Translations under genes and position numbers: made by a program
The notes under the pieces: model-generated
Told to the model about the DNA's origin: nothing
What the model saw: only the letters and a program-made list of their open reading frames with translations
Database searches by the model: none
DNA from: an uncultured Collinsella sp.
GTDB lineage: Bacteria > Actinomycetota > Coriobacteriia > Coriobacteriales > Coriobacteriaceae
Length of the DNA stretch: 64,000 nucleotides
NCBI GenBank assembly: GCA_900549085.1
Contig: URMO01000002.1
Coordinates: 30,678 to 94,677, forward strand
Reading direction: 5' to 3'
Shown here: positions 37,832 to 48,541 of the stretch, piece by piece
Layout: each line of letters opens with the position of its first letter
Numbering within the stretch: the stretch's first letter is position 1

Positions 37832-39262
37832 CTACTCGCCAAAGAACTCGTTGATCTTCTGCTCGTCGACGCCAAAGAACCACGTCAGGACAAAGCCGGC
37901 GGCATAGGCAAGCAGCATAGCGGCAACGTAGCCGAGCTGCTGGCCAGGAACGACGATCAGCAGGCCAAACAGACCGGAAACGCCCTGAGAAACCGTGCCG
38001 ATGTGAAGCAGCGCCGCGAGCGCGCCGCCAAATCCGGCACCCAGGCAGGCCGTCACAAACGGACGAACGAGCGGCAGCGTAACAGCATACATCAGAGGCT
38101 CGCCCACACCCAGGATTCCAACGGGAATGGACTCTGCGACGTACTTCTTGAGCTTGGCGTTCTTGGTCTTAAAGTACAGCGCCAAACCGGCACCGACCTG
38201 GCCGCCGCCAGCCATCATAAGGATGGGAAGCAGGTAATTGATACCCTTGGTAGCGCCGTCGGGATCGTTGAGCATAGCGTGGATCGGCGTGAGCGCCTGA
38301 TGCAGGCCGACGGACACCAGCGGCAAGAAGCCTGCCGACAGGATATAGCCGCCCAGGACGCCCAGCTTCTCGAAGATAAAGGTCAAAACGCTAAAGATGG
38401 CAGTCGTCAGCCATGCGCCAACCGGCTGGATGACGAGCATCAGAGCAAAGGCGCCGATGATGAGCACCAGCAGCGGGGACAAGAACGTGTCGAGTGCGTT
38501 GGGCATAACCTTGCGAATCTGACGCTCCATCCAGGCAAAAAATGCGCCAGCGATGAGAGCCGCGATCATGCCGCCCGCTGCGGGGTTGTACTGCGCACTG
38601 GTGAGCGGCAGCAGAATGGCAGTGGCAGGATCAGCCGCGCCAGGCGCAAGCAGGGGCATGGCACTGTTGGCGATACACATCATGCCGGCGATGCCGCCCA
38701 GCGCAGCGGAGCCACCAAACTCACGTGCCGCGTTATAGCCCACCAAGATGGGCAGATAGGCAAACAGGGCCCAGCCCATGGAACGAATGCCCTGGTACCA
38801 CCACTCGCCTGCAAGCGCGCCTGCCGTCGAGACGTTAATGACGTTGCAGATACCGTTGATGAGGCCAGCCGCAATGATGCCGGGAAGCAGGGCGACGAAG
38901 ACATTGGAAATCTTCTTGAGGAAGGCCTGAACCGGCTTGGACTCGTACTTGGCCTTCTGCGCGGCCTTGTTTGTGGCCGCAGCGTCAACCACGCTCTCGT
39001 CAGCAACGCCTTTCGCAAGGCCGGTGAGCTTGGAGAACTCCTCGAGCACCTTATTCACCTTGCCCGGACCCAGCACGATCTGCATCGTGTCGTCCTCGAC
39101 CAGGCCCATCACGCCGTCGAGTGCCTTAATGCCCTCCGTGTCGACGTTGCCCGTGTCTTTGACGGTCACGCGCAGGCGCGTCATGCACGCCGCGTTTGCG
39201 AGCACGTTGTCTTTACCGCCCAAAAGGTCCAGCAGCTTTTGAGCCAGCTCTTTGTTCGTCAT
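37832..39262 (-). CDS. PTS glucose-family EIIBC component (probable MurNAc permease)
   Basis: 476 aa. N-terminal EIIB with CMTRLR phospho-Cys motif, then a polytopic EIIC. AAGGAGGAG SD. Confidence 0.85.
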   Translation of the reverse strand: MTNKELAQKLLDLLGGKDNVLANAACMTRLRVTVKDTGNVDTEGIKALDGVMGLVEDDTMQIVLGPGKVNKVLEEFSKLTGLAKGVADESVVDAAATNKAAQKAKYESKPVQAFLKKISNVFVALLPGIIAAGLINGICNVINVSTAGALAGEWWYQGIRSMGWALFAYLPILVGYNAAREFGGSAALGGIAGMMCIANSAMPLLAPGAADPATAILLPLTSAQYNPAAGGMIAALIAGAFFAWMERQIRKVMPNALDTFLSPLLVLIIGAFALMLVIQPVGAWLTTAIFSVLTFIFEKLGVLGGYILSAGFLPLVSVGLHQALTPIHAMLNDPDGATKGINYLLPILMMAGGGQVGAGLALYFKTKNAKLKKYVAESIPVGILGVGEPLMYAVTLPLVRPFVTACLGAGFGGALAALLHIGTVSQGVSGLFGLLIVVPGQQLGYVAAMLLAYAAGFVLTWFFGVDEQKINEFFGE

Positions 39263-39319
39263 AACTCCTCCTTGTATTGGGTATCTCGTCTGGATGTCAT
39301 ATCAGCTCACGCCGCGCAC

Positions 39320-40252
<933 letters not shown>

Positions 40253-40253
40253 C

Positions 40254-41105
40254 TCATCTTTCCTGTTTCTCGATGTAGTTTTGCTTTATGACATGCGTCG
40301 CCCGTTCGTAGTCGCTGGCAACGTAAGCAGCGTACAGGGCATCGACAACCATAAGCTGGGCCATACGCGAAGCCATGGCACCGCTGCGGACCAAGGGTTC
40401 ACTCGCAGCGACGCCGAGCACGGCATCGGCCATGGTGGCAAGCTTGGATGATCCATCTACTTTGGTAACGGCCACAACGGGACAGTTGTGACGTTGAGCC
40501 TCGGCGGTGCAGTCCAGCACCTCTTGCGTCAAGCCCGAGTAGCTAAAGGCGATTGCCATATCGCCCTCATGCATGTTCTTGGCACATAAGAGCTGATCAT
40601 GCCAGTCGTCGTACAGATGGCACTCTTTGTCGACACGCATGAGCTTTTGCGCCAGGTCGTGCGCGACCAAACGAGAGGCACCAATACCGAACAGATTGAC
40701 CGCGCGCGCCCGCTTAAGACGGGCCGCGCATCGCTCCAAGACGGTGTAATCGAGCGTTCGCGCCGTCGCCTCGATCGTGCGCACGTTGCTTTTCATCACC
40801 TTCCCCACGATACGTTCGACGCTGTCATCCATGGAGATATCCTCGAGGGCTATGTCTTTCTTGTCACCTAAGAGCGCCAGCTCGGCAATCAGTTCGCGCT
40901 GGAACTCCTTGTAGCCCGCAAAACCCAAACGCTTGCAAAAGCGCAAAATGCTCGAGGGCGAGGAGAACGTGACATCGGCAAGACCGCGGACGGACAGCCC
41001 GACCACCTCGTGCGGATGAGCGCTTACATATGCGATGACATTGCGTTCCGCCGGGCTCGCGCTGAGCTCACGCTCGCGAAGCCGCAAAAGCAATCCGTTT
41101 GCCAT
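40254..41105 (-). CDS. murR: RpiR/MurR-family transcriptional regulator (HTH + SIS)
   Basis: ~283 aa from ATG MANGLLL, which has a GGAGG SD. N-terminal HTH_6 and C-terminal SIS. Confidence 0.8.
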   Translation of the reverse strand: MANGLLLRLRERELSASPAERNVIAYVSAHPHEVVGLSVRGLADVTFSSPSSILRFCKRLGFAGYKEFQRELIAELALLGDKKDIALEDISMDDSVERIVGKVMKSNVRTIEATARTLDYTVLERCAARLKRARAVNLFGIGASRLVAHDLAQKLMRVDKECHLYDDWHDQLLCAKNMHEGDMAIAFSYSGLTQEVLDCTAEAQRHNCPVVAVTKVDGSSKLATMADAVLGVAASEPLVRSGAMASRMAQLMVVDALYAAYVASDYERATHVIKQNYIEKQER

Positions 41106-41309
41106 CTCAAACACCTCCGTTGAGAAGAATTAAAGACCAACGAACGATTCGTACCGGATACAAACAGCTTTTGCGGTACATTGTGCCGCATCGTGGCGCA
41201 CAAAGGGCGAGCGTTCTACCGCTCGCCCCTCAAATCCGACCGCTCGGAAATACGCGCGACACAAAATAATTCAACAAGGTCGCATTATCAGAAACGGGTT
41301 TGTTACCGG

Positions 41310-41891
41310 CTAGCGCCTCGCATGGGCGCCGATCGGCCGAGTCGCATGGCGCACCAACGCCGCCGCCAGCAATACCAACAGCATGGCGGTGACATAGCCC
41401 GCAGCATCGAATCCTAAATCGATAACGTCGAAATGCCTGCCGGGAACAAAGATCTTATGTACCTGATCGCCAACGGAGCAGGCGGCGCAAAAGAGCAATA
41501 CGGGCACGCAACGGGAGCATACGCTCCACGGACGCCTGGAAAAGCAAACCACGACCACGGAGGCGAATAATCCGACGAAGAAAAACTCTACGGTATGGGC
41601 AACGCGACGGACGTTCGTGCCCGCCCACATGCGAATGGAAGCAAGTCGGCCAGACCGGACATTCGAGGCAGCCGAATCGGTGCCCCCGGTCATTCCGTTC
41701 TCCGCCTGAGCTTCACCCGTGGCATCGACAGCCTGAACGCCCGTAGCCTGGCCCTCCACCACACGCGCGGTAGACTCGCTCAGCAACGACGTCTCCACCG
41801 CATTTTGCTCCGTCAGCACCCAGATGCCCGCCAGCGTTGCAGCGAACAGAACGATCGCGGTCCATCCGAGTATCTGTTTTACGCGCGCCAA
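41310..41891 (-). CDS. VanZ-like membrane protein
   Basis: ~193 aa from TTG, which has an AAAAAAGGAGG SD. The VanZ-like motif GDQVHKIFVPGRHFDVIDLGFDAAGYV and several TM helices. Confidence 0.6.
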   Translation of the reverse strand: MARVKQILGWTAIVLFAATLAGIWVLTEQNAVETSLLSESTARVVEGQATGVQAVDATGEAQAENGMTGGTDSAASNVRSGRLASIRMWAGTNVRRVAHTVEFFFVGLFASVVVVCFSRRPWSVCSRCVPVLLFCAACSVGDQVHKIFVPGRHFDVIDLGFDAAGYVTAMLLVLLAAALVRHATRPIGAHARR

Positions 41892-41995
41892 GGGCCAACC
41901 TCCTTTTTTGAATATCAGCGAGTGTAGCCCCAAATGGCATCGTCACCGTATCAAAATTTGAATCGCAACAGGAAGCGACAAAGCGACGCAAACCC

Positions 41996-42601
41996 CTACC
42001 CCGCCTCGCGCATCCAGCGATCGAACGTCCCCACGCACACGCCCAGACACTTTGCTGCCTGGCTGCGGGTAATATCGCCCGCCTCATAGCTATCGCGCAC
42101 CAGCTCAAACTGAGGAGGGCACGGCTTGCGAGGTCGACCGAAACGGACCCCTCGCGCCCGCGCCGCTGCAATTCCCTCCGCTTGGCGCCGATGGATATTC
42201 TCGCGCTCCACCTGCGCCACGTAGCTCAGCAGTTGCAGCACAATATCGGCAATCAGGACGTTGGTCACATCCGGCGCGCCGCTGGCCCTAGCGCGCGTGT
42301 CAAGCAATGGCATGTCCAACACCACAATGGCAACCCCGAGCTCCTTGGTAATGCGTCGCCATTCCTCAAGAATCTCGGAGTAATTACGGCCAAGTCGGTC
42401 GATAGAAAGCACCACCAGCACGTCCCCGTCTCCCAGGACGTGCAGCAGCTCGCGATAACGCGGTCGATCGAAGTCCTTGCCGCTCGCATGGTCGGCATAA
42501 ATATTCGCCGAGCCCACGCCATAGGCGCCCAGCGCATCCAGCTGCCGATTAAGATTCTGATCGCGCGAACTCACCCGCGCATAACCGTACACCGTCGCCA
42601 T
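41996..42601 (-). CDS. Small serine recombinase (resolvase/invertase family) with C-terminal HTH
   Basis: ~201 aa from ATG MATVYGYARVSSRDQ. Catalytic Ser region YARVSS, the ...DRLGR... motif, and a C-terminal HTH. Confidence 0.85.
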   Translation of the reverse strand: MATVYGYARVSSRDQNLNRQLDALGAYGVGSANIYADHASGKDFDRPRYRELLHVLGDGDVLVVLSIDRLGRNYSEILEEWRRITKELGVAIVVLDMPLLDTRARASGAPDVTNVLIADIVLQLLSYVAQVERENIHRRQAEGIAAARARGVRFGRPRKPCPPQFELVRDSYEAGDITRSQAAKCLGVCVGTFDRWMREAG

Positions 42602-42777
42602 CTCATCCCCGCTTTCTTGTAAACCTGCCAAAAGGGACAGGTTTATTTTGGTAGGTTTTACCTCTCAAATAGCAGGTAAGCGTGCGGCCGAGCAGACGGC
42701 AAGGTAGCCATGATTCAAATGCGAAGGGCGGTCCCGAAAGGCCGCCCTCCGCTCCCCCACCATCAGTCGGGATTTGG

Positions 42778-44913
42778 CTAATGGATCAGCTTAAAGTCCA
42801 AGTGCCCACGCGTGGTATTGACGCGCGAGACCTCGATAATCACGCGCTGCCCCAGCTCGTAACGGGTGCCCGTGTCGGCACCTGTGAGCGTTAGCGCGTC
42901 CTCGTCGAACTCGAACCACTCGTTGCCCAGGCTCTTGATCGAAACCAAGCCTTCGACCTGCGTTAGGTCCAAGCGCACAAAGAGGCCCATGCTGCTAACC
43001 CACGAGACGGTTCCGGCATAGCGCTCGCCCAGACGGTCCTCATAGTACTGGGCAATCTTGATCTTTTGCGTCGCATGGCTGGCGGCATCTGCCGCGCGCT
43101 CGGCATCGCTGCATGCGCGGCAGATCTGCGGCAGAATGCGTGGAAGCGACTCTCTGCCTTTTCCGATCAGCCTCGGCGTACGCACTAAGGCGTCTTTCCC
43201 TCCCAGCTGCTCGTATGCCAGCTGCAGCTTGAGCACGCGATGCACCACCAGATCGGGGTAACGGCGAATGGGGCTTGTAAAGTGGCAGTAGCACGGCGCG
43301 GCGAGCGCAAAGTGGCCCTCGTTGCGAGGCTTATACAACGCACGCTGCATGCTGCGCAGAAGGAGCGTGTTGACGAGCGGCGCGTTAGCCGTGCCGGCAG
43401 CGGCATCGACTGCCGCCTGCAACTCATCGGGACTTCCCAGGGCAATGCCCGCCGCACGGCGTTCATCGATGATGCCGAGCTGCGCCAGCGCCACAGCAGC
43501 ACCGTGCAGACTGTCGGCGCTGGGGTCATCGTGCACGCGATAGCACGCCTCGATGTCGCGGTCGGCCAGCCACTCGGCAACGCACTCGTTAGCCAGCAGC
43601 ATCGCCTCCTCGATAAGCGAGGTTGCGCAGGAGCGCTCGCGTGCCACGATCTGCACGGGCGCGCCGTTCTCATCCAGCAGCGCGCGAATCTCGGCCGTGT
43701 CAAAGTCGACCGAACCGCGTGCGCGACGTATGCGACGCCGGAGTTCTGCGAGTTCGTTTGCGGCAACCAGGAAATCGGCCAGGTCAACGTTACAGCTGCG
43801 AGCAGTGCCCTCGCACGCAAGCCCGCGCTCAAGCGCTTTCTCGCGCGAGGCTTCGGCCGCAGCGACATCCTCCGCAGCGCCCTCCAACACGGAATACTCA
43901 ACTGCGCCGGCACGCACCAGCAGCGCCTCGGCGCCGTCATAGTCCATACGCACACGCGAACGAATCACACTGGGATAGGGATCGTAATGGCGCACACGGC
44001 CCTGCGCGTCGAGCTCGATGTCGACGGTAAACGCCAGGCGATCCTCATCGGGGCGCAGGGAACACAGGTCACAGGACAGGCGCTCGGGCAGCATGGGAAG
44101 CACACGATCGGCAAGGTAGACCGACGTCGTGCGATGCCGGGCCTCCAGGTCGATATGCCCGTCCCAGGCGACATAGTGCGAGACGTCGGCGATATGCACG
44201 CCCAGCTTATAGCCGCCCTCGGGCGTGCGCTCGAGCGAGATGGCATCGTCAAAGTCGCGCGCATCAACCGGGTCGATGGTAATGACAAAGCGATCGCGCA
44301 GGTCACGACGAAGCGGGTCTTTAAGCGCTGCAGTCACATCGAGCGAAAGCGCCTCCGCCTCTGCCAGCGCCGCCTCGGGATAGCTGTCGGTATAGCCGTA
44401 GCGTGCCATAACATATTGGACGCCCAGATCGGGCGCATCGTCACCGCCGATACGGCGCTCAAGAGTCACCGTGCCCGACTCCAAGCGCGTCGGGTAGGTC
44501 AGAATGCGCGCGACGACGACATCGCCAGGATGCACACCCAGGCGCTCCGCCGAAGTGTCCTCGGGCAAAATAAAGAAGTCAGCCTTCAGGCGCGAATCGA
44601 GCGGCTCGATCACCCCGAGCGGACCGGCGATCCGGTAGGTACCTACCACGCTTATAGCCGCACGTTCAACGACGCCTTCAATCACGGCGCGACGCTCACC
44701 ATGCGGGCTGTTCTTAATGCTCACGGCAACGGTATCGCCATCCATGATCTCGCGCTTGCCGCGGCCCATGACCTTGTAGTCGCCGTTTTCGGTTATGACA
44801 TAGGCACTGTGCTCATGGAGCTGCACGCGGCCAGTCAGGCTCGGACGACGCTCGCTGCGCACCGGCCCGCGCTTATTGCGAGTTCCACGCTTATGTTTGT
44901 TATTGCGCCCCAT
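42778..44913 (-). CDS. rnr: Ribonuclease R
   Basis: 711 aa. Basic N-terminus, cold-shock/RNB domains, C-terminal S1. AAGGAGG SD. Confidence 0.9.
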   Translation of the reverse strand: MGRNNKHKRGTRNKRGPVRSERRPSLTGRVQLHEHSAYVITENGDYKVMGRGKREIMDGDTVAVSIKNSPHGERRAVIEGVVERAAISVVGTYRIAGPLGVIEPLDSRLKADFFILPEDTSAERLGVHPGDVVVARILTYPTRLESGTVTLERRIGGDDAPDLGVQYVMARYGYTDSYPEAALAEAEALSLDVTAALKDPLRRDLRDRFVITIDPVDARDFDDAISLERTPEGGYKLGVHIADVSHYVAWDGHIDLEARHRTTSVYLADRVLPMLPERLSCDLCSLRPDEDRLAFTVDIELDAQGRVRHYDPYPSVIRSRVRMDYDGAEALLVRAGAVEYSVLEGAAEDVAAAEASREKALERGLACEGTARSCNVDLADFLVAANELAELRRRIRRARGSVDFDTAEIRALLDENGAPVQIVARERSCATSLIEEAMLLANECVAEWLADRDIEACYRVHDDPSADSLHGAAVALAQLGIIDERRAAGIALGSPDELQAAVDAAAGTANAPLVNTLLLRSMQRALYKPRNEGHFALAAPCYCHFTSPIRRYPDLVVHRVLKLQLAYEQLGGKDALVRTPRLIGKGRESLPRILPQICRACSDAERAADAASHATQKIKIAQYYEDRLGERYAGTVSWVSSMGLFVRLDLTQVEGLVSIKSLGNEWFEFDEDALTLTGADTGTRYELGQRVIIEVSRVNTTRGHLDFKLIH

Positions 44914-45106
44914 GGCGCCTCCTTACTATCGATAGTCGTTTACACCCCAAGAGTCTACCCAAATGATCCCTAGGGGACGGCAGGATTGCGGATCACTCGA
45001 ATCGTCCGACCCCCTAAGTGATCCGTTTTCCTCCGTCCCCAGGGGATCAAAAAACGGGCCGCCCCTGGAAAGGGACGACCCGTTGCAGACGGCATATCCG
45101 CAGCGC

Positions 45107-46027
45107 TTACACGCGCAGATAACGGCGCATGGCGATGGCAGAACCAAAGAGACCGATAATGACACCGACGAGAATCAGTGCGGCGTAGGTCACCAGATAG
45201 TACTGCATCGGCAGCGCAAACGACATCCAGCCGACGCTCGCCTGCAGGCGCGGAATCATCAGATTGCGCAGCAGCTCCAAAACACCGATGGAAAGCAGCG
45301 AGCCCAGAATGGCCTGCAACACGCCCTCGGTAATGAACGGCCCGCGAATGAAGCCGTTGCTGGCGCCCACCAGGCGCATAATCGCAATCTCGCGACGACG
45401 CGCCGTAATGGACAGGCGAATCGTGTTGTTGATAAAGATGAACGCGATAAAGGTCAGCAGACCGACGAGTACCACGGCGGCGATACGGATGTAGTTGGTC
45501 ACCTGGAACAGGCGGCTCACTTCCTCCTGGCCATACAGCACGCTCGCGTTGACGTCGCCGTCGTCCGCGATCTTTTGGAAGTCGGCATTCTTCTTGAGCT
45601 TCTTGGCCGTGCTCTCGACCTGAGACGGGTCGTCCATCTCAATCGCGAACGAGGCAGGAAGCGGGTTCTGGCCGTCGAGTGCGCTCATGGTGGCGTCGGC
45701 GTTGCCCGACATCTTGCTCGTGTACTCGGCCAGCGCGTCGTCCTTGTCCTTATAGGTCACAGACTTGACGTTGCTCCACGTCTTGAGCTCGGCCTCAAAG
45801 GCCTGGACGTCTGCCTGATCGGCATCATCGCTAATGAACGCGTTGATGACAACCTGATCCTCGACGGTGCCGATCACGGAGTTCAGCATCGCGGAACCCA
45901 TAATGAACAGGCCGATGATAAACAGCGAAAGGAAGATCGTGATGACGGCGCCGAGCGAGGTGGTCCAGTTACGGAAGAAGTGGCTGATAGCCTCTTTGAG
46001 CGAATAGCCCACGTTAGTTGGTGCCAT
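45107..46027 (-). CDS. ftsX: Cell-division ABC permease FtsX
   Basis: 306 aa; 4 TM with a large extracellular loop. Its start overlaps the ftsE stop. Confidence 0.85.
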   Translation of the reverse strand: MAPTNVGYSLKEAISHFFRNWTTSLGAVITIFLSLFIIGLFIMGSAMLNSVIGTVEDQVVINAFISDDADQADVQAFEAELKTWSNVKSVTYKDKDDALAEYTSKMSGNADATMSALDGQNPLPASFAIEMDDPSQVESTAKKLKKNADFQKIADDGDVNASVLYGQEEVSRLFQVTNYIRIAAVVLVGLLTFIAFIFINNTIRLSITARRREIAIMRLVGASNGFIRGPFITEGVLQAILGSLLSIGVLELLRNLMIPRLQASVGWMSFALPMQYYLVTYAALILVGVIIGLFGSAIAMRRYLRV

Positions 46028-47234
46028 AGTTGCCGTAACCTCCCCTCTCCTGGTCGCGGATTACGTGGCCGCCCTCGAGAGCGATCACGCGACGGTGCAT
46101 GCTATCGACCATCTCGCGGTCGTGCGTGGCAACGATCACGGTGGTGCCGGTACGGTTAATGCGCTCGAGCAACTTCATAATGCCCAGCGAAATCGCGGGG
46201 TCGAGGTTGCCCGTGGGCTCGTCGCAGATAAGCAGCGGCGGACGGTTGACCATAGCGCGGGCAACGGCGACGCGCTGCTGCTCGCCACCGGACAGCTGAT
46301 CGGGCAGAGAGTCCATCTGATCGGCCAGACCGACCAGGCGAAGCACCTCGGGCACCTGGCTGCGAATGACGCCCTTGGGCTTGCCGATGCACTGCAGGGC
46401 AAACGCCACGTTTTCGTAGGCGGTCTTCTGCGGCAGGAGCTTAAAGTCCTGGAACACGGCACCGATCTGGCGACGCAAGAACGGAACCTTGCGGTTCTTG
46501 ATCTTCATGAGGTCCTGGCCGGCGACCAAAATACGGCCGCTCGTCGGCTTGACGTCGCGGTTGAGCGTCGACAGCAGCGTGGTCTTACCCGAGCCGGAGT
46601 GACCGACCAAGAAGACAAACTCGCCCGGATAGATCTCGATGTTGATGTCGTCGAGCGCGGGCTTGTTGGGCTGTGCCGGGTAGATCTTGGTGACGTGCTC
46701 CATGAGGATGACGGGCTCGACACCGGCCTGCTTGGCCATCTTCTTGCGGCTGGCCTGCGGATCGATGGGCGCAAACACCGACGTAAAGTCGGGGTTGTTG
46801 AGCGCATTGTCGAGGCTTGCGACCTCGGCGGCCTGATCGCTCTCGACTACGGGAGCCGCGGGCTGCGTGGGATCGGGAATACCGGCAAAAAGGCCGGACT
46901 GTGCAGGCTGTGGCGCCGGAGTCGCAGGAGCCATGGGGTCGGGAATACCGGCCATGACAGGTTGCGGCGCAACAACGTCCGCCTGAGGCTGATCCACGCG
47001 AGCGGTCACCTTCTGCACGGGCTCAAAACCCGCGGCCTCGGAAAGCTCAACATCATTGGTGGGATTGTAGGCAAAGGGATCTGATGCCGGCTGTGCCTGA
47101 TCTGCCGGCTGTGCGGGGATCGGGCTAAACGGCTGATCCTCTGAATCCGGGGTGGCGAAACGAGTGCCCACGGCGCCTGGCTGCGTCTTGGGGGCGTCAT
47201 CGCCCGCACCGGAGGTACGGAAGTGGTTACCCAC
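46014..47234 (-). CDS. ftsE: Cell-division ABC ATPase FtsE with a 177-aa Pro/Ala/Gln-rich N-terminal extension (start uncertain)
   Basis: C-terminal ~230 aa is a canonical FtsE (GHSGSGKTTLL, LSGGEQQR, ICDEPTGNLD). The long form starts at GTG 47234, which has a perfect AAGGAG SD 6 nt upstream. The internal ATG at 46703 (MEHVTKIY) has no SD. Confidence 0.8.
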   Translation of the reverse strand: MGNHFRTSGAGDDAPKTQPGAVGTRFATPDSEDQPFSPIPAQPADQAQPASDPFAYNPTNDVELSEAAGFEPVQKVTARVDQPQADVVAPQPVMAGIPDPMAPATPAPQPAQSGLFAGIPDPTQPAAPVVESDQAAEVASLDNALNNPDFTSVFAPIDPQASRKKMAKQAGVEPVILMEHVTKIYPAQPNKPALDDINIEIYPGEFVFLVGHSGSGKTTLLSTLNRDVKPTSGRILVAGQDLMKIKNRKVPFLRRQIGAVFQDFKLLPQKTAYENVAFALQCIGKPKGVIRSQVPEVLRLVGLADQMDSLPDQLSGGEQQRVAVARAMVNRPPLLICDEPTGNLDPAISLGIMKLLERINRTGTTVIVATHDREMVDSMHRRVIALEGGHVIRDQERGGYGNYGTN

Positions 47235-47339
47235 TGGTGCTCCTTATCGTCGTGCGTTTAAACTACATGAGCGCTTTGTATTTTAGCAGCATTAGCTTTG
47301 CTGCACATAAGAAGCATGGCGGGGTTTTGGTCTCACCGG

Positions 47340-47456
47340 CCGTGCGCAGGGTTACCTCCCAAATCGTCCTCGGACATGTCGGAGCCCCGCTGCGCACTAC
47401 GTGCGGCGGGGGTCCTCCGTCCTGCGGAAAGATTTGGGAGGTAACCCTGCGCACGG
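47340..47456. repeat. 117-nt structured element: 26-bp perfect inverted repeat enclosing nested hairpins (candidate ncRNA or leader structure)
   Basis: CCGTGCGCAGGGTTACCTCCCAAATC ... GATTTGGGAGGTAACCCTGCGCACGG, with inner imperfect hairpins (CTCGGACATGTCGGAG; CCCCGCTGCGCACTACGTGCGGCGGGG). It lies in the 430-bp ftsE / zinc-ribbon-gene divergent intergenic region. Confidence 0.8.
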
Positions 47457-47666
47457 CCTGCGGCTACTTAGGGGCCGCCGCGTTTATCTTAGGGTGCTGC
47501 ATATGCAAAGTTGGAAGGGTCTGAATTGCACTTTGCTGATATGAGCCCTTTTCCCGGTAGAGACTTTTGCTTGACGCGTTTTTGATTTGATTGTTGCGCA
47601 ACTCGGATTTGGATTGTCGATTTACAGTGGCCTCGATAGGAACGCCCATGGTTGTGGGGAGCCAGT

Positions 47667-48398
47667 ATGAATTGTCCTTATTGTGGAGCTGAGTTGCGCG
47701 ATGGCGTAAGGTACTGCACGGCGTGCGGGGCTGCCGTCAATAGCATCTCTGCTGATTCTGAGCTTCGAGTAAAGCCTCGGAACCACGTTGCGGTCATCCT
47801 TGCCTGCATGCTGGTAATTGGCATTGTCGGCGGTAGCTGTATGGGTCTTCGTCTGCGGCAGGTGTTGTCGCACTTTGTATCCGCCCATTCGGAGCACGCC
47901 ATCGTGCTGGATGTCGCGGCTGCGGGCTGGGACACCGATAACGGAGCATCGCGCGTTCCGATACATATTACGGGCAAGACCATCGACGGAATAACGGTCG
48001 ACAGGATTGAGTTCGTCGCCTCCGATGGCTCTGGCATCAATCTCACGCAAGGTGTATACACGCTCGAGGCAGCAGGTTCCCCTATCGCTGCGGACGGCAC
48101 CATCTATCAAATTCCATGCACGAGTGCCACGCTCGTCCTCGATGACGCCTTTGCCATGGGTGAAACGATCGATCTGGCCGAGCTTGCAGAACAGGATTCG
48201 ATTCTCACCTTCTGCCCCATTGATGCCGCCGATGTAACCAATGACGAAATCTATGATGCCGCTTTGCTCGCCATGACATACAGAGGCAGCGATGCCCCCG
48301 ATGTCGCCGCACTGTGCCAAGCCGCAATCAATCGTCGCGGCGGAGCCAGCACAAGCGGGAACGCCTTCGAAAGTTGCGGTGAAATACGGATTAATTGA
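47667..48398 (+). CDS. Zinc-ribbon / TM membrane protein with extracytoplasmic domain
   Basis: ~243 aa from ATG MNCPYCGAEL, which has a GGGGAG SD. CPYCG...CTACG ribbon and a TM helix. The last 8 codons and the stop lie inside a family-2 element. Confidence 0.6.
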   Translation: MNCPYCGAELRDGVRYCTACGAAVNSISADSELRVKPRNHVAVILACMLVIGIVGGSCMGLRLRQVLSHFVSAHSEHAIVLDVAAAGWDTDNGASRVPIHITGKTIDGITVDRIEFVASDGSGINLTQGVYTLEAAGSPIAADGTIYQIPCTSATLVLDDAFAMGETIDLAELAEQDSILTFCPIDAADVTNDEIYDAALLAMTYRGSDAPDVAALCQAAINRRGGASTSGNAFESCGEIRIN

Positions 48399-48438
48399 GC
48401 CTTTAGGCTGGCAAAACAGTCCTTATTTCACCGCAACT
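48372..48438. repeat. Family-2 palindromic element, copy iv
   Basis: AGTTGCGGTGAAATA ... TATTTCACCGCAACT, with loop GGCAAAACAGTCC. Confidence 0.85.
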
Positions 48439-48541
48439 GAAACAGGGGCGCTCTCCAAGAGAGCGCCCCTGCCAGGTTTCCATAGTACTGGCGAAGCAGT
48501 TTTATAGTTCTGGCGAAGCAGTCCTTGAGATCCGTCTTGCC

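Noticed and set aside
46703-46705. Internal ATG (MEHVTKIY) as the ftsE start, giving a canonical 231-aa FtsE
   Set aside because: Not fully rejected. It lacks any SD, whereas the upstream GTG has a perfect AAGGAG, so the long form is reported and the ambiguity flagged.
47237-47524. Two overlapping small ORFs (95 aa + strand, 63 aa - strand) in the ftsE upstream region
   Set aside because: They mirror each other (both contain VTSQI / IWEVTLRTA) because they run through the 26-bp perfect inverted repeat. No SD. They are better explained as a structured non-coding element.
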